Program-made: the position numbers and the translations under genes
Assembly (NCBI GenBank): GCA_964016885.1
Contig: OZ024741.1
Coordinates: forward strand, 252,030,001 to 252,094,000
From: Eledone cirrhosa
Lineage: Eukaryota
Direction: 5' to 3'
DNA: 64,000 nt
The notes under the pieces: model-generated
Database searches by the model: none
What the model was told of the DNA's origin: nothing
What the model saw: only the letters and a program-made list of their open reading frames with translations
Part shown: positions 30,778 through 46,849 of the stretch, piece after piece
How positions within the stretch are numbered: position 1 is the stretch's first letter
How the letters are laid out: every line of letters starts with the position of its first letter

Positions 30778-32875
30778 TCATCATCATCATCATCATCAAC
30801 GTTTAACGTCCGTGTTCCACGCTTGCATGGGTTTGGACGGGGGTAGTCCCACTTGAGGCAAGAGTGATTGTCTTGCTCGCATAGGACTGTCTGGCAGGTT
30901 TTCTACAGTTGGATGCCCTTCCTAACACCAACCACATTTACAGTGTGGGTCTGGGAGGTTTTTACCGTGTTGCCTACACGGCCACATTACAGCGTGGACT
31001 GTGTGTTTTTTTGTCGTGACACCTACACGATCTCATTTGTTTCGGCCCGGATGGCGCGGCACCAACATAACTTTACATAGGACGGGGTGGTGTGGATGGG
31101 GTGGGGGTGGTGGTGGTGGGACGGGGTGTATTTTGTTAGAGATGCCTACTGGCAAGGCGGGTCTTCTCTGTTACTGAGTACCGCCAAAGGTCTCGGTCCA
31201 GTGACATTGTCTTGGAGAGGTGTAAGTGTGTGAGGTCGGAGTTTATCAGCTCGTCCCAGGTTTTTCTAGGTCTGCCTATTCCGTGGCTACCGTCTATCTT
31301 TATTGCCCTGCACTTTGTTATACAGCTATCGACTTTCATGCGCATCACGTGTCCATACCAACGTAGCCTTCTCTCGAGTAAACAACATCTGATCCCTCTT
31401 ATCTCTAATTTTTTCCTTAGTTCGTTTATGCTTTGCCGTTCACGTATATTACTGTTACACATCCAGCGGAGCATGCAAGCTTCGTTCCTCTCTAGTCTGC
31501 GTATATCCTCTGCACACAATGCCCAGGTCTCACTGCCATGCAACATTGCTGTTCGTATGCAGGCATCGTACAACCTGCCTTTCATTTTTAGGGAGAACCC
31601 TTTAGCAGCTAATAGTGGTATAAGCTCTCTGAACTTTTTCCAACCAGTTCTGACTCTAGCTACAGTACTTTCAGAGCACCCTCCCCCACTGCTGATTTTA
31701 TCGCCCAGGTAACGGAAGCTGTCCACTATTTCTATAGAACCCTCTGCGCAATTGAAAGAGCTAGTATTGTGTGGGCACTTGCTGCTACTTATTGCACCAG
31801 AACACCGGCCACATGTAAAATCTATGTTCTTAGTTAGCTTACCTGTGATCCCACTACATCTTTTATGCACCCATACTTTGCATTTAGGACACAAAATGGA
31901 GTTTCTACCTACGCCTTTCCTACACACCGAGCACGACCATTTCCCAGAAGGGACCGCCGCCTTGTTTTCTTTCCTACAAACTAGAACTTTGGTCTTAGCC
32001 AGGTTAATTTTAAGTCCTTTTGACTCTAGGCCGTGCTTCCATGTTTGGAATTTCTTCTCTAGCTCGGCCATTGATTCCGCTATGAGTGTCAGGTCGTCTG
32101 CGTATAGGAGTTCCCATGGGCAGCCTGTCTTGAACTCCTCTGTTATAGCCTGAAGGGCAATAATAAATAGTAGGGGGCTGAGAACAGAGCCCTGATGGAC
32201 GCCAACTTTTACGCTAAACTCTTCACTATATTCGTTGTTAATTCTAACCTTGCTGACTGTTTCTTTATACATGGCTTGTATAGCCCTCACAAGCCATTCG
32301 TCAACGCCTAGTTTTCTAAGAGCCCACCAGATAATGGAGCGGGGGACTCTGTCGAAGGCTTTCTCCAAGTCGACAAAAGCTAAGTAGAGGGGTTTACCTT
32401 TAGCTAGGTACTTCTCCTGTAGTTGTCGTACTATGAAAAGAGCGTCTGTGGTACTTTTGCCTGACACAAACCCGAACTGCATTTCATCTAGGTCAATTCT
32501 CTCTCTGATTAGTTGCGCTATTACTTTTTCTGTGACCTTCATGACCTGGTCGATTAATTTAATGCCTCTATAGTTACTCCTATCTAGGGCGTCTCCTTTA
32601 CCCTTATAACAGTTAACGATGATGCTGCTATGCCAGTCCTTCGGAACAGCCCCATTCTGTACGACTTGGTTAACTATGCGGGTGACCATGGTGTGTCCCA
32701 CCGTGCCAGATGCCTTCAGCATCTCAGCAACTATTTCCGAAGGCCCAGCCGCCTTACCTGTCTTCATATCCTTGATTGCCTTACTTATTATACTCCCCTC
32801 GACTAACACTGCTGGTCCCTCTATTGGGTCGACATGGGGGAGACTGTCTTTCTCCCATTTATTCTCCTCATTTAG
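30778..32875 (-). mobile_element. RTE-clade LINE, copy 2 (offset +3472)
   Basis: Same length, tail, junctions and translated ORFs as copy 1. Confidence 0.95.
31136..32875 (-). pseudogene. RTE RT-PHD ORF fragment, copy 2
   Basis: Translation identical to copy 1. Confidence 0.9.
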
Positions 32876-35800
32876 TACACTATACCACACTATAACACAA
32901 TTCTCTACACATCACCTCATAATACAAAACTACACTATACCACACCACACCACACTACACTATAACACAACTCTCTACACGTCACCTCATAATACAAAAC
33001 TACACTATACCACACCACACCACACTACACTATAACACAACTCTCTACACGTCACCCCATAATACAAAACTACACTATACCACACCACACTACACTATAC
33101 TATAACACAACTCTCTACACATCACCTCATAATACAAAACCACACTATACCACACCAGACCAGACTACACTATAACACAACTCTCTACACGTCACCTCAT
33201 AATACAAAACTACATTATACCACACCACACCACACTACACTATAACACAACTCTCTACACATCACCTCATAATACAAAACTACACTATACCACACCACAC
33301 CACACTACACTATAACACAACTCTCTACACATCACCTCATAATACAAAACTACACTATACCACACCACACTACACTATAACACAAGTCTCTACACGTCAC
33401 CTCATAATACAAAACTACACTATACCACACCACACCACACTACACTATAACACAACTCTCTACACGTCACCTCATAATACAAAACTACACTATACCACAC
33501 CACACCACACTATAACACAACTCTCTACACGTCACCTCATAATACAAAACTACACTATACCACACCACACTACACTATAACACAACTCTCTACACATCAC
33601 CTCATAATACAAAACTACACTATACCACACCACACTACACTATAACACAACTCTCTGCACGTCACCTCATAATACAAAACTACACTATACCACACCACAC
33701 CACACTACACTATAACACAACTCTCTACACATCACCTCATAATACAAAACTACACTATACCACACCACACTACACTATAACACAATTCTCTACACATCAC
33801 CTCATAATACAAAACTACACTATACCACACCACACTACACTACACTATAACACAACTCTCTACACATCACCTCATAATACAAAACTACACTATACCACAC
33901 CACACAACACTATAACACAACTCTCTACACATCACCTCATAATACAAAACTACACTATACCACACCACACCACACTACACTATAACACAATTCTCTACAC
34001 ATCACCTCATAATACAAAACTACACTATACCACACCACACTACACTATAACACAACTCTCTACACGTCACCTCATAATACAAAACTACACTATACCACAC
34101 CACACCACACTACACTATAACACAACTCTCTACACATCACCTCATAATACAAAACTACACTATACCACACCACACTACACTACACTATAACACAATTCTC
34201 TACACATCACCTCATAATACAAAACTACACTATACCACACCACACTACACTATAACACAACTCTCTACACATCACCTCATAATACAAAACTACACTATAC
34301 CACACCACACCACACTTCACTATAACACAACTCTCTACACATCACCTCATAATACAAAACTACACTATACCACACCACACTACACTACACTATAACACAA
34401 TTCTCTACACATCACCTCATAATACAAAACTACACTATACCACACCACACTACACTATAACACAACTCTCTACACATCACCTCATAATACAAAACTACAC
34501 TATATCACACCACACTACACTATAACACAACTCTCTACACATCACCTCATAATACAAAACTACACTATACCACACCACACTACACTACACTATAACACAA
34601 CTCTCTACACATCACCTCATAATACAAAACTACACTATACCACACCACACCACACTACACTAAAACACAACTCTCTACACATCACCTCATAATACAAAAC
34701 TACACTATACCACACCACACTACACTACACTATAACACAACTCTCTACACATCACCTCATAATACAAAACTACACTATACCACACCACACTACACTATAA
34801 CACAACTCTCTACACATCACCTCATAATACAAAACTACACTATACCACACCACACCACACTACACTATAACACAACTCTCTACACATCACCTCATAATAC
34901 AAAACTACACTATACCACACCACACCACACTACACTAAAACACAACTCTCTACACATCACCTCATAATACAAAACTACACTATACCACACCACACTACAC
35001 TACACTATAACACAACTCTCTACACATCACCTCATAATACAAAACTACACTATATCACACCACACTACACTATAACACAACTCTCTACACATCACCTCAT
35101 AATACAAAACTACACTATACCACACCACACTACACTACACTATAACACAACTCTCTACACATCACCTCATAATACAAAACTACACTATACCACACCACAC
35201 CACACTACACTATAACACAACTCTCTACACATCACCTCATAATACAAAACTACACTATACCACACCACACTACACTATAACACAACTCTCTACACATCAC
35301 CTCATAATACAAAACTACACTATACCACACCACACCACACTACACTATAACACAATTCTCTACACATCACCTCATAATACAAAACTACACTATACCACAC
35401 CACACTACACTATAACACAACTCTCTACACATCACCTCATAATACAAAACTACACTATACCACACCACACCACACTACACTATAACACAATTCTCTACAC
35501 ATCACCTCATAATACAAAACTACACTATACCACACCACACTACACTATAACACAACTCTCTACACATCACCTCATAATACAAAACTACACTATATCACAC
35601 CACACTACACTATAACACAACTCTCTACACATCACCTCATAATACAAAACTACACTATACCACACCACACTACACTACACTATAACACAACTCTCTACAC
35701 ATCACCTCATAATACAAAACTACACTATACCACACCACACCACACTACACTATAACACAACTCTCTACACATCACCTCATAATACAAAACTACACTATAC

Positions 35801-36480
35801 CACACCACACTACACTATAACACAACTCTCTGCACGTCACCTCATAATACAAAACTACACTATACCACACCACACTACACTATAACACAACTCTCTACAC
35901 GTCACCTCATAATACAAAACTACACTATACCACACCACACCACACTATAACACAACTCTCTACACGTCACCTCATAATACAAAACCACACTATACCACAC
36001 CACACCACACTATAACACAACTCTCTACACGTCACCTCATAATACAAAACTACACTATACCACACCACACCACACTATAACACAACTATCTACACATCAC
36101 CTCTACAAAACTACACTATACCACACCACACCACACTACACTATAACACAACTCTCTACACGTCACCCCATAATACAAAACTACACTATACCACACCACA
36201 CCACACTATAACACAACTCTCTACACATCACCTCATAATACAAAACTACACTATACCAGACCACACCACACTACACTATAACACAATTCTCTACACATCA
36301 CCTCATAATACAAAACTACACTATACCACACCACACCACACTACACTATAACACAACTCTCTACACGTCACCCCATAATACAAAACTACACTATACCACA
36401 CCACACCACACTATAACACAACTCTCTACACATCACCTCATAATACAAAACTACACTATACCAGACCACACCACACTACA
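32876..36480. repeat. Satellite spacer between RTE copies 2 and 3 (3605 bp)
   Basis: Begins with the same ordered variants as the copy 1 flank. Contains a 4-bp ATAA deletion near 36103 and an empty insertion site near 36256-36290. Confidence 0.97.
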
Positions 36481-38578
36481 TCATCATCATCATCATCATC
36501 AACGTTTAACGTCCGTGTTCCACGCTTGCATGGGTTTGGACGGGGGTAGTCCCACTTGAGGCAAGAGTGATTGTCTTGCTCGCATAGGACTGTCTGGCAG
36601 GTTTTCTACAGTTGGATGCCCTCCCTAACACCAACCACATTTACAGTGTGGGTCTGGGAGGTTTTTACCGTGTTGCCTACACGGCCACATTACAGCGTGG
36701 ACTGTGTGTTTTTTTGTCGTGACACCTACACGATCTCATTTGTTTCGGCCCGGATGGCGCGGCACCAACATAACTTTACATAGGACGGGGTGGTGTGGAT
36801 GGGGTGGGGGTGGTGGTGGTGGGACGGGGTGTATTTTGTTAGAGATGCCTACTGGCAAGGCGGGTCTTCTCTGTTACTGAGTACCGCCAAAGGTCTCGGT
36901 CCAGTGACATTGTCTTGGAGAGGTGTAAGTGTGTGAGGTCGGAGTTTATCAGCTCGTCCCAGGTTTTTCTAGGTCTGCCTATTCCGTGGCTACCGTCTAT
37001 CTTTATTGCCCTGCACTTTGTTATACAGCTATCGACTTTCATGCGCATCACGTGTCCATACCAACGTAGCCTTCTCTCGAGTAAACAACATCTGATCCCT
37101 CTTATCTCTAATTTTTTCCTTAGTTCGTTTATGCTTTGCCGTTCACGTATATTACTGTTACACATCCAGCGGAGCATGCAAGCTTCGTTCCTCTCTAGTC
37201 TGCGTATATCCTCTGCACACAATGCCCAGGTCTCACTGCCATGCAACATTGCTGTTCGTATGCAGGCATCGTACAACCTGCCTTTCATTTTTAGGGAGAA
37301 CCCTTTAGCAGCTAATAGTGGTATAAGCTCTCTGAACTTTTTCCAACCAGTTCTGACTCTAGCTACAGTACTTTCAGAGCACCCTCCCCCACTGCTGATT
37401 TTATCGCCCAGGTAACGGAAGCTGTCCACTATTTCTATAGAACCCTCTGCGCAATTGAAAGAGCTAGTATTGTGTGGGCACTTGCTGCTACTTATTGCAC
37501 CAGAACACCGGCCACATGTAAAATCTATGTTCTTAGTTAGCTTACCTGTGATCCCACTACATCTTTTATGCACCCATACTTTGCATTTAGGACACAAAAT
37601 GGAGTTTCTACCTACGCCTTTCCTACACACCGAGCACGACCATTTCCCAGAAGGGACCGCCGCCTTGTTTTCTTTCCTACAAACTAGAACTTTGGTCTTA
37701 GCCAGGTTAATTTTAAGTCCTTTTGACTCTAGGCCGTGCTTCCATGTTTGGAATTTCTTCTCTAGCTCGGCCATTGATTCCGCTATGAGTGTCAGGTCGT
37801 CTGCGTATAGGAGTTCCCATGGGCAGCCTGTCTTGAACTCCTCTGTTATAGCCTGAAGGGCAATAATAAATAGTAGGGGGCTGAGAACAGAGCCCTGATG
37901 GACGCCAACTTTTACGCTAAACTCTTCACTATATTCGTTGTTAATTCTAACCTTGCTGACTGTTTCTTTATACATGGCTTGTATAGCCCTCACAAGCCAT
38001 TCGTCAACGCCTAGTTTTCTAAGAGCCCACCAGATAATGGAGCGGGGGACTCTGTCGAAGGCTTTCTCCAAGTCGACAAAAGCTAAGTAGAGGGGTTTAC
38101 CTTTAGCTAGGTACTTCTCCTGTAGTTGTCGTACTATGAAAAGAGCGTCTGTGGTACTTTTGCCTGACACAAACCCGAACTGCATTTCATCTAGGTCAAT
38201 TCTCTCTCTGATTAGTTGCGCTATTACTTTTTCTGTGACCTTCATGACCTGGTCGATTAATTTAATGCCTCTATAGTTACTCCTATCTAGGGCGTCTCCT
38301 TTACCCTTATAACAGTTAACGATGATGCTGCTATGCCAGTCCTTCGGAACAGCCCCATTCTGTACGACTTGGTTAACTATGCGGGTGACCATGGTGTGTC
38401 CCACCGTGCCAGATGCCTTCAGCATCTCAGCAACTATTTCCGAAGGCCCAGCCGCCTTACCTGTCTTCATATCCTTGATTGCCTTACTTATTATACTCCC
38501 CTCGACTAACACTGCTGGTCCCTCTATTGGGTCGACATGGGGGAGACTGTCTTTCTCCCATTTATTCTCCTCATTTAG
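36481..38578 (-). mobile_element. RTE-clade LINE, copy 3 (offset +9175)
   Basis: Same junctions. One visible T>C change at 36623 in the 3' UTR. Confidence 0.95.
36839..38578 (-). pseudogene. RTE RT-PHD ORF fragment, copy 3
   Basis: Translation identical to copy 1. Confidence 0.9.
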
Positions 38579-41500
38579 TACACTATACCACACTATAACA
38601 CAATTCTCTACACATCACCTCATAATACAAAACTACACTATACCACACCACACCACACTACACTATAACACAACTCTCTACACGTCACCTCATAATACAA
38701 AACTACACTATACCACACCACACCACACTACACTATAACACAACTCTCTACACGTCACCCCATAATACAAAACTACACTATACCACACCACACTACACTA
38801 TACTATAACACAACTCTCTACACATCACCTCATAATACAAAACCACACTATACCACACCAGACCAGACTACACTATAACACAACTCTCTACACGTCACCT
38901 CATAATACAAAACTACATTATACCACACCACACCACACTACACTATAACACAACTCTCTACACATCACCTCATAATACAAAACTACACTATACCACACCA
39001 CACCACACTACACTATAACACAACTCTCTACACATCACCTCATAATACAAAACTACACTATACCACACCACACTACACTATAACACAAGTCTCTACACGT
39101 CACCTCATAATACAAAACTACACTATACCACACCACACCACACTACACTATAACACAACTCTCTACACGTCACCTCATAATACAAAACTACACTATACCA
39201 CACCACACCACACTATAACACAACTCTCTACACGTCACCTCATAATACAAAACTACACTATACCACACCACACTACACTATAACACAACTCTCTACACAT
39301 CACCTCATAATACAAAACTACACTATACCACACCACACTACACTATAACACAACTCTCTGCACGTCACCTCATAATACAAAACTACACTATACCACACCA
39401 CACCACACTACACTATAACACAACTCTCTACACATCACCTCATAATACAAAACTACACTATACCACACCACACTACACTATAACACAATTCTCTACACAT
39501 CACCTCATAATACAAAACTACACTATACCACACCACACTACACTACACTATAACACAACTCTCTACACATCACCTCATAATACAAAACTACACTATACCA
39601 CACCACACAACACTATAACACAACTCTCTACACATCACCTCATAATACAAAACTACACTATACCACACCACACCACACTACACTATAACACAATTCTCTA
39701 CACATCACCTCATAATACAAAACTACACTATACCACACCACACTACACTATAACACAACTCTCTACACGTCACCTCATAATACAAAACTACACTATACCA
39801 CACCACACCACACTACACTATAACACAACTCTCTACACATCACCTCATAATACAAAACTACACTATACCACACCACACTACACTACACTATAACACAATT
39901 CTCTACACATCACCTCATAATACAAAACTACACTATACCACACCACACTACACTATAACACAACTCTCTACACATCACCTCATAATACAAAACTACACTA
40001 TACCACACCACACCACACTTCACTATAACACAACTCTCTACACATCACCTCATAATACAAAACTACACTATACCACACCACACTACACTACACTATAACA
40101 CAATTCTCTACACATCACCTCATAATACAAAACTACACTATACCACACCACACTACACTATAACACAACTCTCTACACATCACCTCATAATACAAAACTA
40201 CACTATATCACACCACACTACACTATAACACAACTCTCTACACATCACCTCATAATACAAAACTACACTATACCACACCACACTACACTACACTATAACA
40301 CAACTCTCTACACATCACCTCATAATACAAAACTACACTATACCACACCACACCACACTACACTAAAACACAACTCTCTACACATCACCTCATAATACAA
40401 AACTACACTATACCACACCACACTACACTACACTATAACACAACTCTCTACACATCACCTCATAATACAAAACTACACTATACCACACCACACTACACTA
40501 TAACACAACTCTCTACACATCACCTCATAATACAAAACTACACTATACCACACCACACCACACTACACTATAACACAACTCTCTACACATCACCTCATAA
40601 TACAAAACTACACTATACCACACCACACCACACTACACTAAAACACAACTCTCTACACATCACCTCATAATACAAAACTACACTATACCACACCACACTA
40701 CACTACACTATAACACAACTCTCTACACATCACCTCATAATACAAAACTACACTATATCACACCACACTACACTATAACACAACTCTCTACACATCACCT
40801 CATAATACAAAACTACACTATACCACACCACACTACACTACACTATAACACAACTCTCTACACATCACCTCATAATACAAAACTACACTATACCACACCA
40901 CACCACACTACACTATAACACAACTCTCTACACATCACCTCATAATACAAAACTACACTATACCACACCACACTACACTATAACACAACTCTCTACACAT
41001 CACCTCATAATACAAAACTACACTATACCACACCACACCACACTACACTATAACACAATTCTCTACACATCACCTCATAATACAAAACTACACTATACCA
41101 CACCACACTACACTATAACACAACTCTCTACACATCACCTCATAATACAAAACTACACTATACCACACCACACCACACTACACTATAACACAATTCTCTA
41201 CACATCACCTCATAATACAAAACTACACTATACCACACCACACTACACTATAACACAACTCTCTACACATCACCTCATAATACAAAACTACACTATATCA
41301 CACCACACTACACTATAACACAACTCTCTACACATCACCTCATAATACAAAACTACACTATACCACACCACACTACACTACACTATAACACAACTCTCTA
41401 CACATCACCTCATAATACAAAACTACACTATACCACACCACACCACACTACACTATAACACAACTCTCTACACATCACCTCATAATACAAAACTACACTA

Positions 41501-42327
41501 TACCACACCACACTACACTATAACACAACTCTCTACACATCACCTCATAATACAAAACTACACTATACCACACCACACCACACTACACTATAACACAATT
41601 CTCTACACATCACCTCATAATACAAAACTACACTATACCACACCACACTACACTACACTATAACACAACTCTCTACACATCACCTCATAATACAAAACTA
41701 CACTATACCACACCACACCACACTACACTAAAACACAACTCTCTACACATCACCTCATAATACAAAACTACACTATACCACACCACACTACACTACACTA
41801 TAACACAACTCTCTACACATCACCTCATAATACAAAACTACACTATACCACACCACACTACACTATAACACAACTCTCTACACATCACCTCATAATACAA
41901 AACTACACTATACCACACCACACTACACTATAACACAACTCTCTACACATCACCTCATAATACAAAACTACACTATACCACACCACACCACACTATAACA
42001 CAACTCTCTACACGTCACCTCATAATACAAAACCACACTATACCACACCACACCACACTATAACACAACTCTCTACACGTCACCTCATAATACAAAACTA
42101 CACTATACCACACCACACCACACTATAACACAACTATCTACACATCACCTCATAATACAAAACTACACTACACCACACCACACCACACTACACTATAACA
42201 CAACTCTCTACACGTCACCCCATAATACAAAACTACACTATACCACACCACACCACACTATAACACAACTCTCTACACATCACCTCATAATACAAAACTA
42301 CACTATACCAGACCACACCACACTACA
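38579..42327. repeat. Satellite spacer between RTE copies 3 and 4 (3749 bp)
   Basis: About the first 2.9 kb matches the copy 2 right flank. About the last 0.8 kb matches the copy 1 left flank (CTAAA at 26706/41728). Confidence 0.97.
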
Positions 42328-44425
42328 TCATCATCATCATCATCATCAACGTTTAACGTCCGTGTTCCACGCTTGCATGGGTTTGGACGGGGGTAGTCCC
42401 ACTTGAGGCAAGAGTGATTGTCTTGCTCGCATAGGACTGTCTGGCAGGTTTTCTACAGTTGGATGCCCTTCCTAACACCAACCACATTTACAGTGTGGGT
42501 CTGGGAGGTTTTTACCGTGTTGCCTACACGGCCACATTACAGCGTGGACTGTGTGTTTTTTTGTCGTGACACCTACACGATCTCATTTGTTTCGGCCCGG
42601 ATGGCGCGGCACCAACATAACTTTACATAGGACGGGGTGGTGTGGATGGGGTGGGGGTGGTGGTGGTGGGACGGGGTGTATTTTGTTAGAGATGCCTACT
42701 GGCAAGGCGGGTCTTCTCTGTTACTGAGTACCGCCAAAGGTCTCGGTCCAGTGACATTGTCTTGGAGAGGTGTAAGTGTGTGAGGTCGGAGTTTATCAGC
42801 TCGTCCCAGGTTTTTCTAGGTCTGCCTATTCCGTGGCTACCGTCTATCTTTATTGCCCTGCACTTTGTTATACAGCTATCGACTTTCATGCGCATCACGT
42901 GTCCATACCAACGTAGCCTTCTCTCGAGTAAACAACATCTGATCCCTCTTATCTCTAATTTTTTCCTTAGTTCGTTTATGCTTTGCCGTTCACGTATATT
43001 ACTGTTACACATCCAGCGGAGCATGCAAGCTTCGTTCCTCTCTAGTCTGCGTATATCCTCTGCACACAATGCCCAGGTCTCACTGCCATGCAACATTGCT
43101 GTTCGTATGCAGGCATCGTACAACCTGCCTTTCATTTTTAGGGAGAACCCTTTAGCAGCTAATAGTGGTATAAGCTCTCTGAACTTTTTCCAACCAGTTC
43201 TGACTCTAGCTACAGTACTTTCAGAGCACCCTCCCCCACTGCTGATTTTATCGCCCAGGTAACGGAAGCTGTCCACTATTTCTATAGAACCCTCTGCGCA
43301 ATTGAAAGAGCTAGTATTGTGTGGGCACTTGCTGCTACTTATTGCACCAGAACACCGGCCACATGTAAAATCTATGTTCTTAGTTAGCTTACCTGTGATC
43401 CCACTACATCTTTTATGCACCCATACTTTGCATTTAGGACACAAAATGGAGTTTCTACCTACGCCTTTCCTACACACCGAGCACGACCATTTCCCAGAAG
43501 GGACCGCCGCCTTGTTTTCTTTCCTACAAACTAGAACTTTGGTCTTAGCCAGGTTAATTTTAAGTCCTTTTGACTCTAGGCCGTGCTTCCATGTTTGGAA
43601 TTTCTTCTCTAGCTCGGCCATTGATTCCGCTATGAGTGTCAGGTCGTCTGCGTATAGGAGTTCCCATGGGCAGCCTGTCTTGAACTCCTCTGTTATAGCC
43701 TGAAGGGCAATAATAAATAGTAGGGGGCTGAGAACAGAGCCCTGATGGACGCCAACTTTTACGCTAAACTCTTCACTATATTCGTTGTTAATTCTAACCT
43801 TGCTGACTGTTTCTTTATACATGGCTTGTATAGCCCTCACAAGCCATTCGTCAACGCCTAGTTTTCTAAGAGCCCACCAGATAATGGAGCGGGGGACTCT
43901 GTCGAAGGCTTTCTCCAAGTCGACAAAAGCTAAGTAGAGGGGTTTACCTTTAGCTAGGTACTTCTCCTGTAGTTGTCGTACTATGAAAAGAGCGTCTGTG
44001 GTACTTTTGCCTGACACAAACCCGAACTGCATTTCATCTAGGTCAATTCTCTCTCTGATTAGTTGCGCTATTACTTTTTCTGTGACCTTCATGACCTGGT
44101 CGATTAATTTAATGCCTCTATAGTTACTCCTATCTAGGGCGTCTCCTTTACCCTTATAACAGTTAACGATGATGCTGCTATGCCAGTCCTTCGGAACAGC
44201 CCCATTCTGTACGACTTGGTTAACTATGCGGGTGACCATGGTGTGTCCCACCGTGCCAGATGCCTTCAGCACCTCAGCAACTATTTCCGAAGGCCCAGCC
44301 GCCTTACCTGTCTTCATATCCTTGATTGCCTTACTTATTATACTCCCCTCGACTAACACTGCTGGTCCCTCTATTGGGTCGACATGGGGGAGACTGTCTT
44401 TCTCCCATTTATTCTCCTCATTTAG
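42328..44425 (-). mobile_element. RTE-clade LINE, copy 4 (offset +15022)
   Basis: Same junctions. One visible T>C change at 44272. Confidence 0.95.
42686..44425 (-). pseudogene. RTE RT-PHD ORF fragment, copy 4 (M57V in track numbering)
   Basis: Translation identical except AEMLK to AEVLK. Confidence 0.9.
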
Positions 44426-46849
44426 TACACTATACCACACTATAACACAATTCTCTACACATCACCTCATAATACAAAACTACACTATACCACACCACAC
44501 CACACTACACTATAACACAACTCTCTACACGTCACCTCATAATACAAAACTACACTATACCACACCACACCACACTACACTATAACACAACTCTCTACAC
44601 GTCACCCCATAATACAAAACTACACTATACCACACCACACTACACTATACTATAACACAACTCTCTACACATCACCTCATAATACAAAACCACACTATAC
44701 CACACCAGACCAGACTACACTATAACACAACTCTCTACACGTCACCTCATAATACAAAACTACATTATACCACACCACACCACACTACACTATAACACAA
44801 CTCTCTACACATCACCTCATAATACAAAACTACACTATACCACACCACACCACACTACACTATAACACAACTCTCTACACATCACCTCATAATACAAAAC
44901 TACACTATACCACACCACACTACACTATAACACAAGTCTCTACACGTCACCTCATAATACAAAACTACACTATACCACACCACACCACACTACACTATAA
45001 CACAACTCTCTACACGTCACCTCATAATACAAAACTACACTATACCACACCACACCACACTATAACACAACTCTCTACACGTCACCTCATAATACAAAAC
45101 TACACTATACCACACCACACTACACTATAACACAACTCTCTACACATCACCTCATAATACAAAACTACACTATACCACACCACACTACACTATAACACAA
45201 CTCTCTGCACGTCACCTCATAATACAAAACTACACTATACCACACCACACCACACTACACTATAACACAACTCTCTACACATCACCTCATAATACAAAAC
45301 TACACTATACCACACCACACTACACTATAACACAATTCTCTACACATCACCTCATAATACAAAACTACACTATACCACACCACACTACACTACACTATAA
45401 CACAACTCTCTACACATCACCTCATAATACAAAACTACACTATACCACACACACAACACTATAACACAACTCTCTACACATCACCTCATAATACAAAACT
45501 ACACTATACCACACCACACCACACTACACTATAACACAATTCTCTACACATCACCTCATAATACAAAACTACACTATACCACACCACACTACACTATAAC
45601 ACAACTCTCTACACGTCACCTCATAATACAAAACTACACTATACCACACCACACCACACTACACTATAACACAACTCTCTACACATCACCTCATAATACA
45701 AAACTACACTATACCACACCACACTACACTACACTATAACACAATTCTCTACACATCACCTCATAATACAAAACTACACTATACCACACCACACTACACT
45801 ATAACACAACTCTCTACACATCACCTCATAATACAAAACTACACTATACCACACCACACCACACTTCACTATAACACAACTCTCTACACATCACCTCATA
45901 ATACAAAACTACACTATACCACACCACACTACACTACACTATAACACAATTCTCTACACATCACCTCATAATACAAAACTACACTATACCACACCACACT
46001 ACACTATAACACAACTCTCTACACATCACCTCATAATACAAAACTACACTATATCACACCACACTACACTATAACACAACTCTCTACACATCACCTCATA
46101 ATACAAAACTACACTATACCACACCACACTACACTACACTATAACACAACTCTCTACACATCACCTCATAATACAAAACTACACTATACCACACCACACC
46201 ACACTACACTAAAACACAACTCTCTACACATCACCTCATAATACAAAACTACACTATACCACACCACACTACACTACACTATAACACAACTCTCTACACA
46301 TCACCTCATAATACAAAACTACACTATACCACACCACACTACACTATAACACAACTCTCTACACATCACCTCATAATACAAAACTACACTATACCACACC
46401 ACACCACACTACACTATAACACAACTCTCTGCACGTCACCTCATAATACAAAACTACACTATACCACACCACACTACACTATAACACAACTCTCTACACG
46501 TCACCTCATAATACAAAACTACACTATACCACACCACACCACACTATAACACAACTCTCTACACGTCACCTCATAATACAAAACCACACTATACCACACC
46601 ACACCACACTATAACACAACTCTCTACACGTCACCTCATAATACAAAACTACACTATACCACACCACACCACACTATAACACAACTATCTACACATCACC
46701 TCTACAAAACTACACTATACCACACCACACCACACTACACTATAACACAACTCTCTACACGTCACCCCATAATACAAAACTACACTATACCACACCACAC
46801 CACACTATAACACAACTCTCTACACATCACCTCATAATACAAAACTACA

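Noticed and set aside
27306-44425. Four independent site-specific RTE insertions
   Set aside because: Identical truncation point, tail length, junction filler and flanking satellite variants are better explained by one insertion followed by duplication.
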